From: Gemmatimonadaceae bacterium
Lineage (GTDB): Bacteria; Gemmatimonadota; Gemmatimonadetes; Gemmatimonadales; Gemmatimonadaceae
DNA length: 64,000 bases
Reading direction: 5' to 3'
NCBI GenBank assembly: GCA_035535975.1
Contig: DATLPC010000098.1
Coordinates: 16,859 to 80,858, forward strand
The position numbers and the translations under genes were made by a program. A model generated the notes under the pieces. It was not told the DNA's origin and searched no databases. It was given only the letters and a program-made list of their open reading frames with translations. Of the stretch, positions 44,090-51,427 are shown piece after piece (positions within the stretch are counted from its first letter, which is position 1; each line of letters begins with the position of its first letter).

Positions 44090-44242
44090 TTGAGCAGCGC
44101 CTGGGACTTCACGCGACTCCGCGGAGTCACGTGTAGCGGCGACCGACTGGAGGGGACGAGAATCCTCTCATGCCGGCCGTCGTCTCGCCGATCCACCGGG
44201 GGATCGGCCGAGAGCAAGAAACTCCATACTGGAGAGATGACC

Positions 44243-44335
44243 ATGGCTGCACGTAAAGGCAAAAAGGCCGCGAAGAAGGGCGGACGCAAGGCTGCGAAGA
44301 AGGGTGGAAGAAAGGCAGCGAAGAAGCGTCGCTAG
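44243..44335 (+). CDS. 30-aa highly basic KAAKK-repeat peptide (hypothetical)
   Basis: MAARKGKKAAKKGGRKAAKKGGRKAAKKRR has 16 of 30 residues Lys/Arg. GGAGAG lies 7 nt upstream of ATG 44243. A strong terminator follows directly. Confidence 0.45.
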   Translation: MAARKGKKAAKKGGRKAAKKGGRKAAKKRR

Positions 44336-44357
44336 TAGGCGGCTGTTAGAGAACATG

Positions 44358-44389
44358 GAGGCCGGCGAGAGCCGGCCTTCTTGTTTTCT
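44358..44389 (+). terminator. rho-independent terminator
   Basis: aggccggc-gaga-gccggcct followed by tcttgttttctt. Confidence 0.65.
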
Positions 44390-44395
44390 TGCCGT

Positions 44396-44670
44396 ACTCC
44401 AAACGGCGGGACAACCCGAGAACGGCGGGAGAGCCCGAAACGGCGGGTGAGCCCGAAACGGCGGATGCGCCCGAAACGGCGGGTGAGCCCGAGACTGCGG
44501 GAACGCCCGAGAATGCGGCGCGTCACGAAAACGGCGATGACCAATCATCGCCGTTTCGGACTTATCCGCTGTTCCGGACTTATCCGCTTCTTGGGGCTTA
44601 ACCGGTTCTTCGGGCTGATCCGCCGTTTCGGGCTCACCCGCCGTTTCGGGCTTTCCCGCCTTTTCGGTCA
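44396..44670. repeat. about 275-bp imperfect palindrome built from about 15 tandem 18-bp units (CCCGAAACGGCGGGTGAG on the left arm, reverse complements on the right arm)
   Basis: CCCGA starts at 44414, 44433, 44451, 44469, 44487 and 44505, with a CACGA variant at 44523 (18-bp period). The centre is aaacggcgatgaccaatcatcgccgttt. The right arm carries gggctcacccgccgtttcggg units and ends 9 nt before the ATP-grasp stop. Confidence 0.85.
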
Positions 44671-44678
44671 GCGCTTTT

Positions 44679-45662
44679 TCAGCGCGAGTACCGCCCCGTC
44701 GCCAACTCCAAAACCCTCCCGACGAGCGCCTCGTACTCCAACCCGCCTTCCTTCGCCGCTCGCGCAAACTCTGCTTCCTTCTCGAGGTAGCAGTTCGGAT
44801 TCACCTCGATCACGTAGATCTCGCCCTCGTCGGACACGCGAAGATCGATTCGCCCGTAATCGCGGAGTCGTAGCGCGTTGAACGCCTCGACCGCCACACT
44901 CTGCATCTTCTCGCGAAGCTCGTCGCTCAGATTCGTGGGAAAGATCGACTTCGTGCCCGCGTACTCGGCGCCCGAGCCTTCACCGTCCTCGCCCCACTTC
45001 GCTTCCCAGCTCGCGATGCGCGGTCGGTCTTCGGGGAAGCCGGTGAAATCCAGTTCGATCACCGGAAGGGCTTGCGCGCTCTCGTTGCCAATGACGCCGA
45101 CATAAAACTCGCGTCCGTCGATGAACTCCTCGACGAGCACCGGCTGTTGATACTCGTCCTGGAGCTCGTGGATGCGCGACAGGAGATCCTTGATCTCGCG
45201 CACGACCGACGTCGCGGTAATGCCAAGCGATGCGTCTTCCTGCGGCGGCTTCACGATCACCGGGAAAGAGATGTCGCCCGCCCAGTCGACGGCGCCGCGG
45301 TAGACCGTCGCGAATTCCGGCGTTTTGATCCCGTGAAACCCGAGAATCTTCTTGGTCAGGCTCTTGTCGCCCGCGACGAGAAGGCCGGCCGGGCTCGATC
45401 CGGTGTATCGCAGATCGAGAAGGTTCAGCAGCGCCGCCACATTCGATTCCAACGCGCTCTTGCCGCCGAACGACTCGGCGAGGTTGAACACGATGTCGGG
45501 CGCGTCGTTCTTCAGCGATTGGACGAGCGGTTCGACGTCGGCGTCGACCGCCAAGCGGTTCGCTTCGTGTCCCAGCGATTCGAGCGCCGACGTCAGTTGT
45601 CCGAGCACCGGATCTTCCGGCGGCTCGAGGGCATCCGCGGTGTGCAGGAGGGTGATCTTCAT
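44679..45662 (-). CDS. ATP-grasp amidoligase of the D-Ala-D-Ala ligase family (not housekeeping Ddl-like)
   Basis: 327 aa from ATG 45662. FPVIVKPPQEDASLGI, LVEEFIDGREFYVGVIG and GRIDLRVSDEGEIYVIEVNPN match the ATP-grasp core. It lacks the GG.S.E..VS N-terminal motif of Ddl and is not in a mur/fts context. Confidence 0.85.
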   Translation of the reverse strand: MKITLLHTADALEPPEDPVLGQLTSALESLGHEANRLAVDADVEPLVQSLKNDAPDIVFNLAESFGGKSALESNVAALLNLLDLRYTGSSPAGLLVAGDKSLTKKILGFHGIKTPEFATVYRGAVDWAGDISFPVIVKPPQEDASLGITATSVVREIKDLLSRIHELQDEYQQPVLVEEFIDGREFYVGVIGNESAQALPVIELDFTGFPEDRPRIASWEAKWGEDGEGSGAEYAGTKSIFPTNLSDELREKMQSVAVEAFNALRLRDYGRIDLRVSDEGEIYVIEVNPNCYLEKEAEFARAAKEGGLEYEALVGRVLELATGRYSR

Positions 45663-46741
45663 TCGTCGTGCACGGACTCGGCGCTGCGTGATCTGCGCGA
45701 ACCGTGCGACGTGGAACCCAGGGTGCGGGTATATCGATAGTTCATGACGACCGCCGTTCCGAACGCAGTGAGCTCGATCAGCGTCGAAGCCTCGAATCCT
45801 CCCACGCGAAGCCCGAGATCGGCCGCGCGCTGACCGAGATGATCGATCAGCGAACGCACTACACTCGGCGCTTCGCCCGTCCAATAGGATATACGCGAAA
45901 CGATTTCACGATAGTGGCGATGAACAAACCACTGCCCCTGCTCGCCACCGGGTGCGTCGTGTGCCGCCATGAAGATCCGTCGCAGATCGGTGTCGAACTG
46001 ACGACGATCGGCGATCGGAACCGTTGCATCTTGATCCGCATAATGTTCGGCGATCGTGTACCGCATCGCCTCCACCGGCAGATCATCTTCGGTCGGTTCC
46101 GGGGCCTCGGGAACGACGCCCGCGATCTCGTGCATGACACCGTCGACGTAGTCGAGCTTCTGCAGCGCGGGCCAGCCGTCGTATTCGCGCTGCCAGCTCA
46201 GCCCCGGCGTCAGCCAGACCGCGAAGGTTTCGGCGAAGTCTTCGTCGGGATGCTTCTGCGCGTACCAGCCGAGGATGTGGCGCACGAAATTGCGCGAGAA
46301 CGGATCGGCGCGATACCGCTCGCGATACGGCCGAGAGAACGGTCCGAAGAGCGCGCGCCATTCGGGGCGTTCGTAAAGTTTGAAGGCGTAGTTGAGCGCG
46401 TGCCCGCATTCGTGGCGGAGGTAGCGCATCGCCTCCACGTCATCCTCGATGCCGCCCGACATCTCGGCTTCGATACGTTCGAGCCGCGAATCCACCAGAT
46501 AAAACGGCACTCCGATGAGCGGTGTCCCGTCAGGGCACCCCCATTGATCGCTCAGATACACGACGGGACGGAAGGCGATATCGCGCGCGGCAAGCTCGGC
46601 GTAGAGCTGTTCCGTCAAGCGCTCTACGCGAGAGCCTCGGATCGAGAGGCCCAGCTCCGAAATCCTGCGTCCGAGGAGAGCGGAGCGCTCTTCCTCCCAG
46701 GCGGTTGGGTCGTCCACACGGGACAAGGGGGCAAACGTCAT
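45659..46741 (-). CDS. putative zinc metallopeptidase (HExxH; Peptidase_Mx-like)
   Basis: 360 aa with LRHECGHALNY (HExxH) and the downstream acidic HPDEDFAETFAVWL. The stop overlaps the ATP-grasp start (ATGA). Confidence 0.7.
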   Translation of the reverse strand: MTFAPLSRVDDPTAWEEERSALLGRRISELGLSIRGSRVERLTEQLYAELAARDIAFRPVVYLSDQWGCPDGTPLIGVPFYLVDSRLERIEAEMSGGIEDDVEAMRYLRHECGHALNYAFKLYERPEWRALFGPFSRPYRERYRADPFSRNFVRHILGWYAQKHPDEDFAETFAVWLTPGLSWQREYDGWPALQKLDYVDGVMHEIAGVVPEAPEPTEDDLPVEAMRYTIAEHYADQDATVPIADRRQFDTDLRRIFMAAHDAPGGEQGQWFVHRHYREIVSRISYWTGEAPSVVRSLIDHLGQRAADLGLRVGGFEASTLIELTAFGTAVVMNYRYTRTLGSTSHGSRRSRSAESVHDE

Positions 46742-46768
46742 ACCGAGCTAAGGTACCAGAAAAGCGAC

Positions 46769-46796
46769 GGGCGAAGGAGAGGAAATTCCTTCGCCC
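46769..46796 (-). terminator. hairpin (10-bp perfect stem) with a short T-run between the small ORF and the peptidase gene; attenuator candidate
   Basis: Minus strand reads gggcgaagga-atttcctc-tccttcgccc followed by gtcgcttttctgg. Confidence 0.5.
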
Positions 46797-46823
46797 GATA
46801 AAGATTTCGCCGGCCGGAAGTGC

Positions 46824-46979
46824 CTAGGCGACCTTGCTCTCGAGTCCGTCCTCAGTGCCTTCCGGGGCAGGGCCCCAGACGTACTCGAAAACAGCTGGAG
46901 CCTCTTCGCCTTCAGGCCCGCAGGAAATCACGATGCCCATCGGCTCCGCGTCCAGCACAGGAGTCTGTTCTGCAATCAT
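46824..46979 (-). CDS. 51-aa strongly acidic hypothetical protein (possible substrate/precursor)
   Basis: MIAEQTPVLDAEPMGIVISCGPEGEEAPAVFEYVWGPAPEGTEDGLESKVA has 11 acidic and 1 basic residues. It is the internal Met of the 90-aa track ORF, whose N-terminal extension is Arg-rich and starts with TTG. G/C third-position bias is weaker than in neighbours and there is no clear SD. Confidence 0.35.
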   Translation of the reverse strand: MIAEQTPVLDAEPMGIVISCGPEGEEAPAVFEYVWGPAPEGTEDGLESKVA

Positions 46980-47100
46980 ATATAGGATGTGGGCGACCGA
47001 AGTGAGGGTTCTTACGGGCCCGGCGGCGAGAACGGTTCGCCGCTCGGGCCCGGTTGCGGTACGACGGGCGATCACAACCGTGACCGACCGGCGCAACCTT

Positions 47101-47117
47101 AAGCACCCTCGATGCCA
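47101..47117 (-). promoter_or_regulatory. candidate sigma-54 -24/-12 element
   Basis: Minus strand TGGCATCGAGGGTGCTT versus consensus TGGCACG-N4-TTGCW, with correct GG-N10-GC spacing. It lies about 120 nt upstream of the 51-codon ORF. The TTGCAAcacaTTGCAA repeat is about 45 nt further upstream. Confidence 0.2.
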
Positions 47118-47242
47118 AACTTGCCACGCTGTCTAAATCATTCCATTGCAATGTGTTGCAAGCATCGCTCCGCGGCTGGTCCGCTGGTTTGTGTCACGAC
47201 GACACAAGGCAATTCGACACGAAGCGTGAAAAACAGACACGC

Positions 47243-47380
47243 CCGGCAGAGAAGGCTCCGGCGGGAAACCTGAGGATGCGGAAAAGCCCGATGAAGCGGC
47301 AAGGCCCGAAACGGCGGGTTTCGGGCTCTTCCGACTCTTCGGGCTCTTCCGACTCTTCGGGCTCTTCCGGTTTTTCTCCG
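47243..47380. repeat. second member of the 18-bp-unit palindromic repeat family
   Basis: Central hairpin gcccgaaac-ggcgg-gtttcgggc at 47304-47326. The right arm has tcttccgactcttcgggc twice, exactly, plus a degenerate third unit. The left arm has degenerate complements. It shares the GCCCGAAACGGCGGGT core with 44396-44670. Confidence 0.8.
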
Positions 47381-47382
47381 TG

Positions 47383-48177
47383 TCAGGCCACGGACTTTCG
47401 CGCAAAGAAAGTCTTGGCCCGCCCGTCGGTCTTTTCGACCGTTACCTCCCAGCCCTTGTATCGGCTGCGGAGCTCCTCGAGCGATACGGCGCCGTTGGAC
47501 TTCCCCGAGGCGGTGATCGTTTGGACGAGGTGAACGCCACCGTCCATGGTCGCGCTCTGAAGGACGCGAATGACTCGGGCGCGCTCGGTCTGGGTCAGCC
47601 CTTCGAGCGCCGCCGGGTTGACGATGACCGCGTTCAGCGGCAGCTCCGACGACGGTGTCCAGGACGACAGGTCGCCGACCTCCGCATGGACGCGGCCCGC
47701 CAAGCCGGCTCCGATCGCCGCTTGCATCACCCGGTCGAGTGCGTCCATCTCGGGCGCCAGCGTGGTGACGTCGCAGCCGTTCGCGGCGAAGTAGAGCGCG
47801 GACACTTCGTCCAGCGCGCCCGCAACCAAAACGCGCCCTTCGGTCGACGGCTGAAGAGCGCGGACGAGAACGTCGTCGGGCCGAAGGCCCCAGTGCTCGG
47901 GTCGACGAAGCTCGTCGATGAGTTTGAGTCGCTTCCGGCGCCAGGTGTCATACGCCGGGAGACGGAGGCGCTTGAAGATGATCCGGTCCACCTCATCACA
48001 GAGCACGAGCTCCGTGAGAGCGAACTGCGGCGCGGCGGAAAGCGACGACACCGCTTCGTCGCCGATCGTGAGGAGCACGCTCCTCGAAACCGACTCCTTG
48101 TAGTTCTCGATTTCCTGTTCGACGAACCGCTCGTACTCGTATTTCAGCGAGCGCGTCAGCCGCTGCGTAGGGGCCAT
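47383..48177 (-). CDS. TehB-like methyltransferase-fold protein with a degenerate SAM-binding loop and an about 100-aa unknown N-terminal domain
   Basis: 264 aa. VLVAGALDEVSALYFAANGCDVTTL aligns with the TehB-type [26 protein letters not shown], but the GxGxG loop is replaced by VAGALDE. Confidence 0.55.
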   Translation of the reverse strand: MAPTQRLTRSLKYEYERFVEQEIENYKESVSRSVLLTIGDEAVSSLSAAPQFALTELVLCDEVDRIIFKRLRLPAYDTWRRKRLKLIDELRRPEHWGLRPDDVLVRALQPSTEGRVLVAGALDEVSALYFAANGCDVTTLAPEMDALDRVMQAAIGAGLAGRVHAEVGDLSSWTPSSELPLNAVIVNPAALEGLTQTERARVIRVLQSATMDGGVHLVQTITASGKSNGAVSLEELRSRYKGWEVTVEKTDGRAKTFFARKSVA

Positions 48178-48244
48178 GCCGTCACAGGTACGAGGAAAGG
48201 ACGTTCGGCAGTAAAGTAGAAGTCATGGTCGCATTCGCAAGTGC

Positions 48245-49204
48245 TCATGCGGGTTCTACATGGACCGTGACTTCCGACGTGCCGAACTCACGCGCGATCG
48301 CGGCCTCGACTTCGTCGGCCAGTCGGTGCGCTTCGTCGACCGATATGATCCCCGACACCGCGATCGTCACCTCCGCGAAGAGCTGCCCCGATGCCGTGGA
48401 TCGCGATCGCACCTTGCGAACGTCTCGAATCTCCGGCACGGCCAGCACGATTCGTCTCAGCTCCTGGGCCGCGATCGCCCGCTCGTCGACGAGGATGGGG
48501 ATCGATTCCCGGAGAATGCGGTAACCGCTCCAGGCGATGATCATCGCGACCGCGATCGCCAGCACCGCGTCGAGATTCGGGTAACCGAGGCGCGACAGCA
48601 CGAGTGACGCGAGCGCGAGCAGCGTCACGAGAATGTCACTCCCGGTATGGGCCGCGTCCGCCATGAGAAACGCACTGCCGAGCTCCCGTCCGCGCCGCCG
48701 CTCGTAGATCACCACGAACCCGTTGACGACGAGGGCGAAGACGATTGCCGCGAGATCGAGTGCGCCAATCGAGACGGGAGTCCGCCGCGCCATCAGCGAC
48801 GACACGACTTCCCGAAGCAGCTCGAAGCAGGAGATCGACAAGAAGCCGACGATGCCGAGCGTGCCGAGCGTTTCGAATTTGTCGTGTCCGTACGGGTGAT
48901 CTTCGTCCGGCGCTCGCCCCGCGACGCGGACGAGCATGACGCCGATCACGTTGTTGAACATGTCGAGGCTCGACTCGAGCGCCGCGCCCAGCACGGCGAG
49001 GGCGCCGGTGCGGATCCCGACGATGACCTTCACGAACGCCACCAATGCGTTCAAGAAGAGAACGACAACCAAAACCCGCCGCACGGCCGGCGATCGGGCG
49101 ACGTCGCCGCGGACCCGGGCAGCATCCGTCCCGCGAGGTGGCGAAATTGAAGTGCGGCTCACCACAGCAAGTTGCCGGTTCCGGCGACTCGCGGTCAACC
49201 ACAC
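48245..49204 (-). CDS. cation diffusion facilitator (CDF) family metal transporter
   Basis: 319 aa with six TM segments. SLDMFNN, HPYGHDKFE and AAHTGSD motifs, and a cytoplasmic C-terminal domain ending EVTVHVEP. Confidence 0.85.
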   Translation of the reverse strand: MWLTASRRNRQLAVVSRTSISPPRGTDAARVRGDVARSPAVRRVLVVVLFLNALVAFVKVIVGIRTGALAVLGAALESSLDMFNNVIGVMLVRVAGRAPDEDHPYGHDKFETLGTLGIVGFLSISCFELLREVVSSLMARRTPVSIGALDLAAIVFALVVNGFVVIYERRRGRELGSAFLMADAAHTGSDILVTLLALASLVLSRLGYPNLDAVLAIAVAMIIAWSGYRILRESIPILVDERAIAAQELRRIVLAVPEIRDVRKVRSRSTASGQLFAEVTIAVSGIISVDEAHRLADEVEAAIAREFGTSEVTVHVEPA

Positions 49205-49221
49205 TACGAGCGAGAACGCGC

Positions 49222-49995
49222 GTGCCAGAGCTTCCCGAGGTCGAATCCGCTGTTCGCCGGCTCCGCGGCGCGCTCGTCGGGCGGACGATCGCCGACGTCA
49301 AGCTGCTTCATCCCGCGCTGCGCCGTCGTCTTTCGCCCGCCCGCGCTCGATCACTCCGCGGCGCGAGAATCGCCGGCGTCGAGCGCCGCGGCAAGCATCA
49401 GCTCGTGCACCTCGAAGACGGGCGTATCCTGCACGCACACTTTCGCATGACCGGCGACTGGACGATCGATACCGTAACCGACGAGCTGCCCCGTTTTGCC
49501 CGCGCCGCCATCGCGCTCGACAACGGCAGTCGCGTCGTTCTCGATGACCCGCGCGCGCTCAGCACGCTCGACGTGCACGCCGCCAACGCCGCGCCGAGTC
49601 TCGGACTCGGCCCTGAGCCGAGCGATCCGGCGCTCACCGCGTCGTCGCTGCACGAGGCCTTCGCCAAGCGTCGTGGTCCGGTCAAGCCGGTCTTACTCGA
49701 TCAGCGGGTGATCGCTGGACTCGGCAACATCTACGCGGCCGAGTCTCTCTGGCGCGCGCGAATTTCTCCGGCTACGCCGGCCGCGTCGTTGTCGAAGAAG
49801 CAGATTGCCGTATTGCTGCGCGCAATTCGCGCCGTCATCGCGAAAGCCACCGGCGCGCGTTACACGGATTCCTCGGTGTCGCGGCTCGCGGTGTATGACC
49901 GGGAGGGCAAGCGCTGTCGGCGCTGCGGTTCAACGATCGAGCGAATCGTGCAGGCCGGGCGATCGACGTACTTTTGTCCCGGTTGTCAGACGTGA
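49222..49995 (+). CDS. mutM: formamidopyrimidine-DNA glycosylase
   Basis: GTG start gives (M)PELPEVESAVRRL. H2TH region LLDQRVIAGLGNIYAAESLW. C-terminal zinc finger CRRCGSTIERIVQAGRSTYFCPGCQ. Confidence 0.9.
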   Translation: MPELPEVESAVRRLRGALVGRTIADVKLLHPALRRRLSPARARSLRGARIAGVERRGKHQLVHLEDGRILHAHFRMTGDWTIDTVTDELPRFARAAIALDNGSRVVLDDPRALSTLDVHAANAAPSLGLGPEPSDPALTASSLHEAFAKRRGPVKPVLLDQRVIAGLGNIYAAESLWRARISPATPAASLSKKQIAVLLRAIRAVIAKATGARYTDSSVSRLAVYDREGKRCRRCGSTIERIVQAGRSTYFCPGCQT

Positions 49996-50041
49996 GCTCT
50001 CGCCGCCGAGCCCCATCCACGGGCAGTCTCGCAAGGGCCGT

Positions 50042-50211
50042 TGGACCACGGAGGACACAGAGGAAATAGAGGACACGGAGGATTTCGGAGGCAAAAGCAT
50101 CCCGAGGTCATACCCAAAAATGCCCGAGCTCGTCGCGCGACGGATTGGCTCGCCCGGGTCGTCCTCTGTGCCCTCTATGTCCTCCGCGTCCTCCGTGTTC
50201 AATCCTTCGCG
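50042..50211. mobile_element. about 170-bp MITE-like element, copy B (same family as 39653-39823)
   Basis: Left end ggaccacggaggacacagaggaaatagaggacacggagga. Right end gtcctctgtgccctctatgtcctccgcgtcctccgtgttc. Sits between convergent mutM and rlmI. Confidence 0.65.
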
Positions 50212-50239
50212 TAACTGACTCGAGGCTAATAGGGCGCGA

Positions 50240-51427
50240 TCAATCGACTCGCTCGACGAGCGCCCCTTTCAAGTATCCAGTTTCAGGAATCGTCAACACC
50301 TCGGGATGATCGAGCGGTTGGCCGGTGATCGCGCGCAGGGCTAATCGGCGGCCCGAGTCGGCGGCGGCGGCGGAGAGCATCTCGAGGAAAAGCGCCTTGC
50401 CGACGTGAAAGCTGCAGCTCGCCGTGAACAGCATCCCGCCCGGCGCGAGGAGCCGCATCGCGCGGAGGTTGATGTCATTGTAGCCGCGCAGCGCCGCGTC
50501 GACCGAGGCGCGATTCTTGGCGAACGCCGGCGGATCGAGCACGATCGTGTCGAATCGCTCGCGTCGGCGTTCGAGCTCTCGCAGATAGTCGAAGGTGTCG
50601 GCTTCGACGAGGGTGATGTTGGTGAGTCCGTTGCGCGCCGCGTTCTCCTCGGCGCGCCGCAACGCGTCGGCGGAGACGTCCACGGCGGTCACGGTTTCGG
50701 CGCGACGCGCCAGGTGCAGGGCGAAGGAGCCGTGATAGCTGAAGCAGTCCAAGGCGCGACCTCGGGCGATCTCGCCTACCAAACGCCGGTTCTCGCGTTG
50801 GTCGAGGAATGCGCCGGTCTTTTGGCCGGTCCAGGGGGCGGCGAGATAGCGGACGCCGTGCTCCTCGATCTCGATCCACTCCGGCACTGAGCCGCGGAGC
50901 AGTTCTACTCCAACCGGGAGCTTCTCCTTGGCCCGCAAGGGAACGTCGTTTCGGGCGAGGATGCCGGTTGGCTGAAACAACTCCTCGAGGACGTCCACGA
51001 TGACGTCACGGAAAGCCTCCAGCCCGGCGCTCATGAGTTGAACCACCAGCCACTCGTCGTACCGATCGCAGATCAGGGACGGGCAGCCGTCACCCTCGCC
51101 GTGAACTACGCGGAAGGCGTTGGCCTGTTCGCGGATTGTGCGGCGTCGGGCCGCGGCGGCGGCAATGCGCTCACGCCACCAATCCCGACCGAGGCATTCG
51201 TTGTCTTCCCGATCGACCAGCCGGAGCGAGATCTCCGAGGCTGGACTCCAAAGCGCGATGCCAAGCGGCTTCCCGCGGTGGTCTTGGACCTGGACTGCCC
51301 CTGGCGGCGTGTCGGGGCGTTCGACCACGTCGCTTCGATAAACCCAGGGGTGGCCGGCGGCCAGCCGGCGGGCTCCTTTGGGAGAAATGCGGGCGACGTC
51401 GTTCGGGTTCTCTCGTGGGCGAGACAC
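50240..51427 (-). CDS. rlmI: 23S rRNA m5C methyltransferase RlmI-like (PUA + class I SAM MTase)
   Basis: ARRLAAGHPWVYRSDV, GEGDGCPSLICDRY, QKTGAFLDQRENR, LDCFSYHGSFA, IVLDPPAFAKN, RGYNDINLRAM and ETGYLKG are colinear with E. coli RlmI. Confidence 0.8.
   Translation of the reverse strand: MSRPRENPNDVARISPKGARRLAAGHPWVYRSDVVERPDTPPGAVQVQDHRGKPLGIALWSPASEISLRLVDREDNECLGRDWWRERIAAAAARRRTIREQANAFRVVHGEGDGCPSLICDRYDEWLVVQLMSAGLEAFRDVIVDVLEELFQPTGILARNDVPLRAKEKLPVGVELLRGSVPEWIEIEEHGVRYLAAPWTGQKTGAFLDQRENRRLVGEIARGRALDCFSYHGSFALHLARRAETVTAVDVSADALRRAEENAARNGLTNITLVEADTFDYLRELERRRERFDTIVLDPPAFAKNRASVDAALRGYNDINLRAMRLLAPGGMLFTASCSFHVGKALFLEMLSAAAADSGRRLALRAITGQPLDHPEVLTIPETGYLKGALVERVD

Noticed and set aside
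44389-44767. ORFs encoding PETAGE-type hexapeptide repeats on both strands (44389..44601 +, 44168..44767 -)
   Set aside because: They are a by-product of the 18-bp (6-codon) periodic palindrome. Both strands give the same repeat, the ORFs overlap a terminator and the ATP-grasp gene end, and neither has a start context.
44679-45884. 401-aa version of the ATP-grasp ORF, and its interpretation as the housekeeping D-Ala-D-Ala ligase
   Set aside because: The first 74 codons overlap the peptidase gene and are Arg-rich. The ATG at 45662 gives MKITLLH and an ATGA coupling. The protein lacks the Ddl N-terminal motif and a mur/fts context, so I do not call it ddl.
46980-47096. 90-aa version of the small ORF upstream of the peptidase
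   Set aside because: It starts with TTG, and its first 39 residues are Arg/Thr/Val-rich with non-coding character. It would begin upstream of the only promoter-like element. The 51-aa version is kept, at low confidence.
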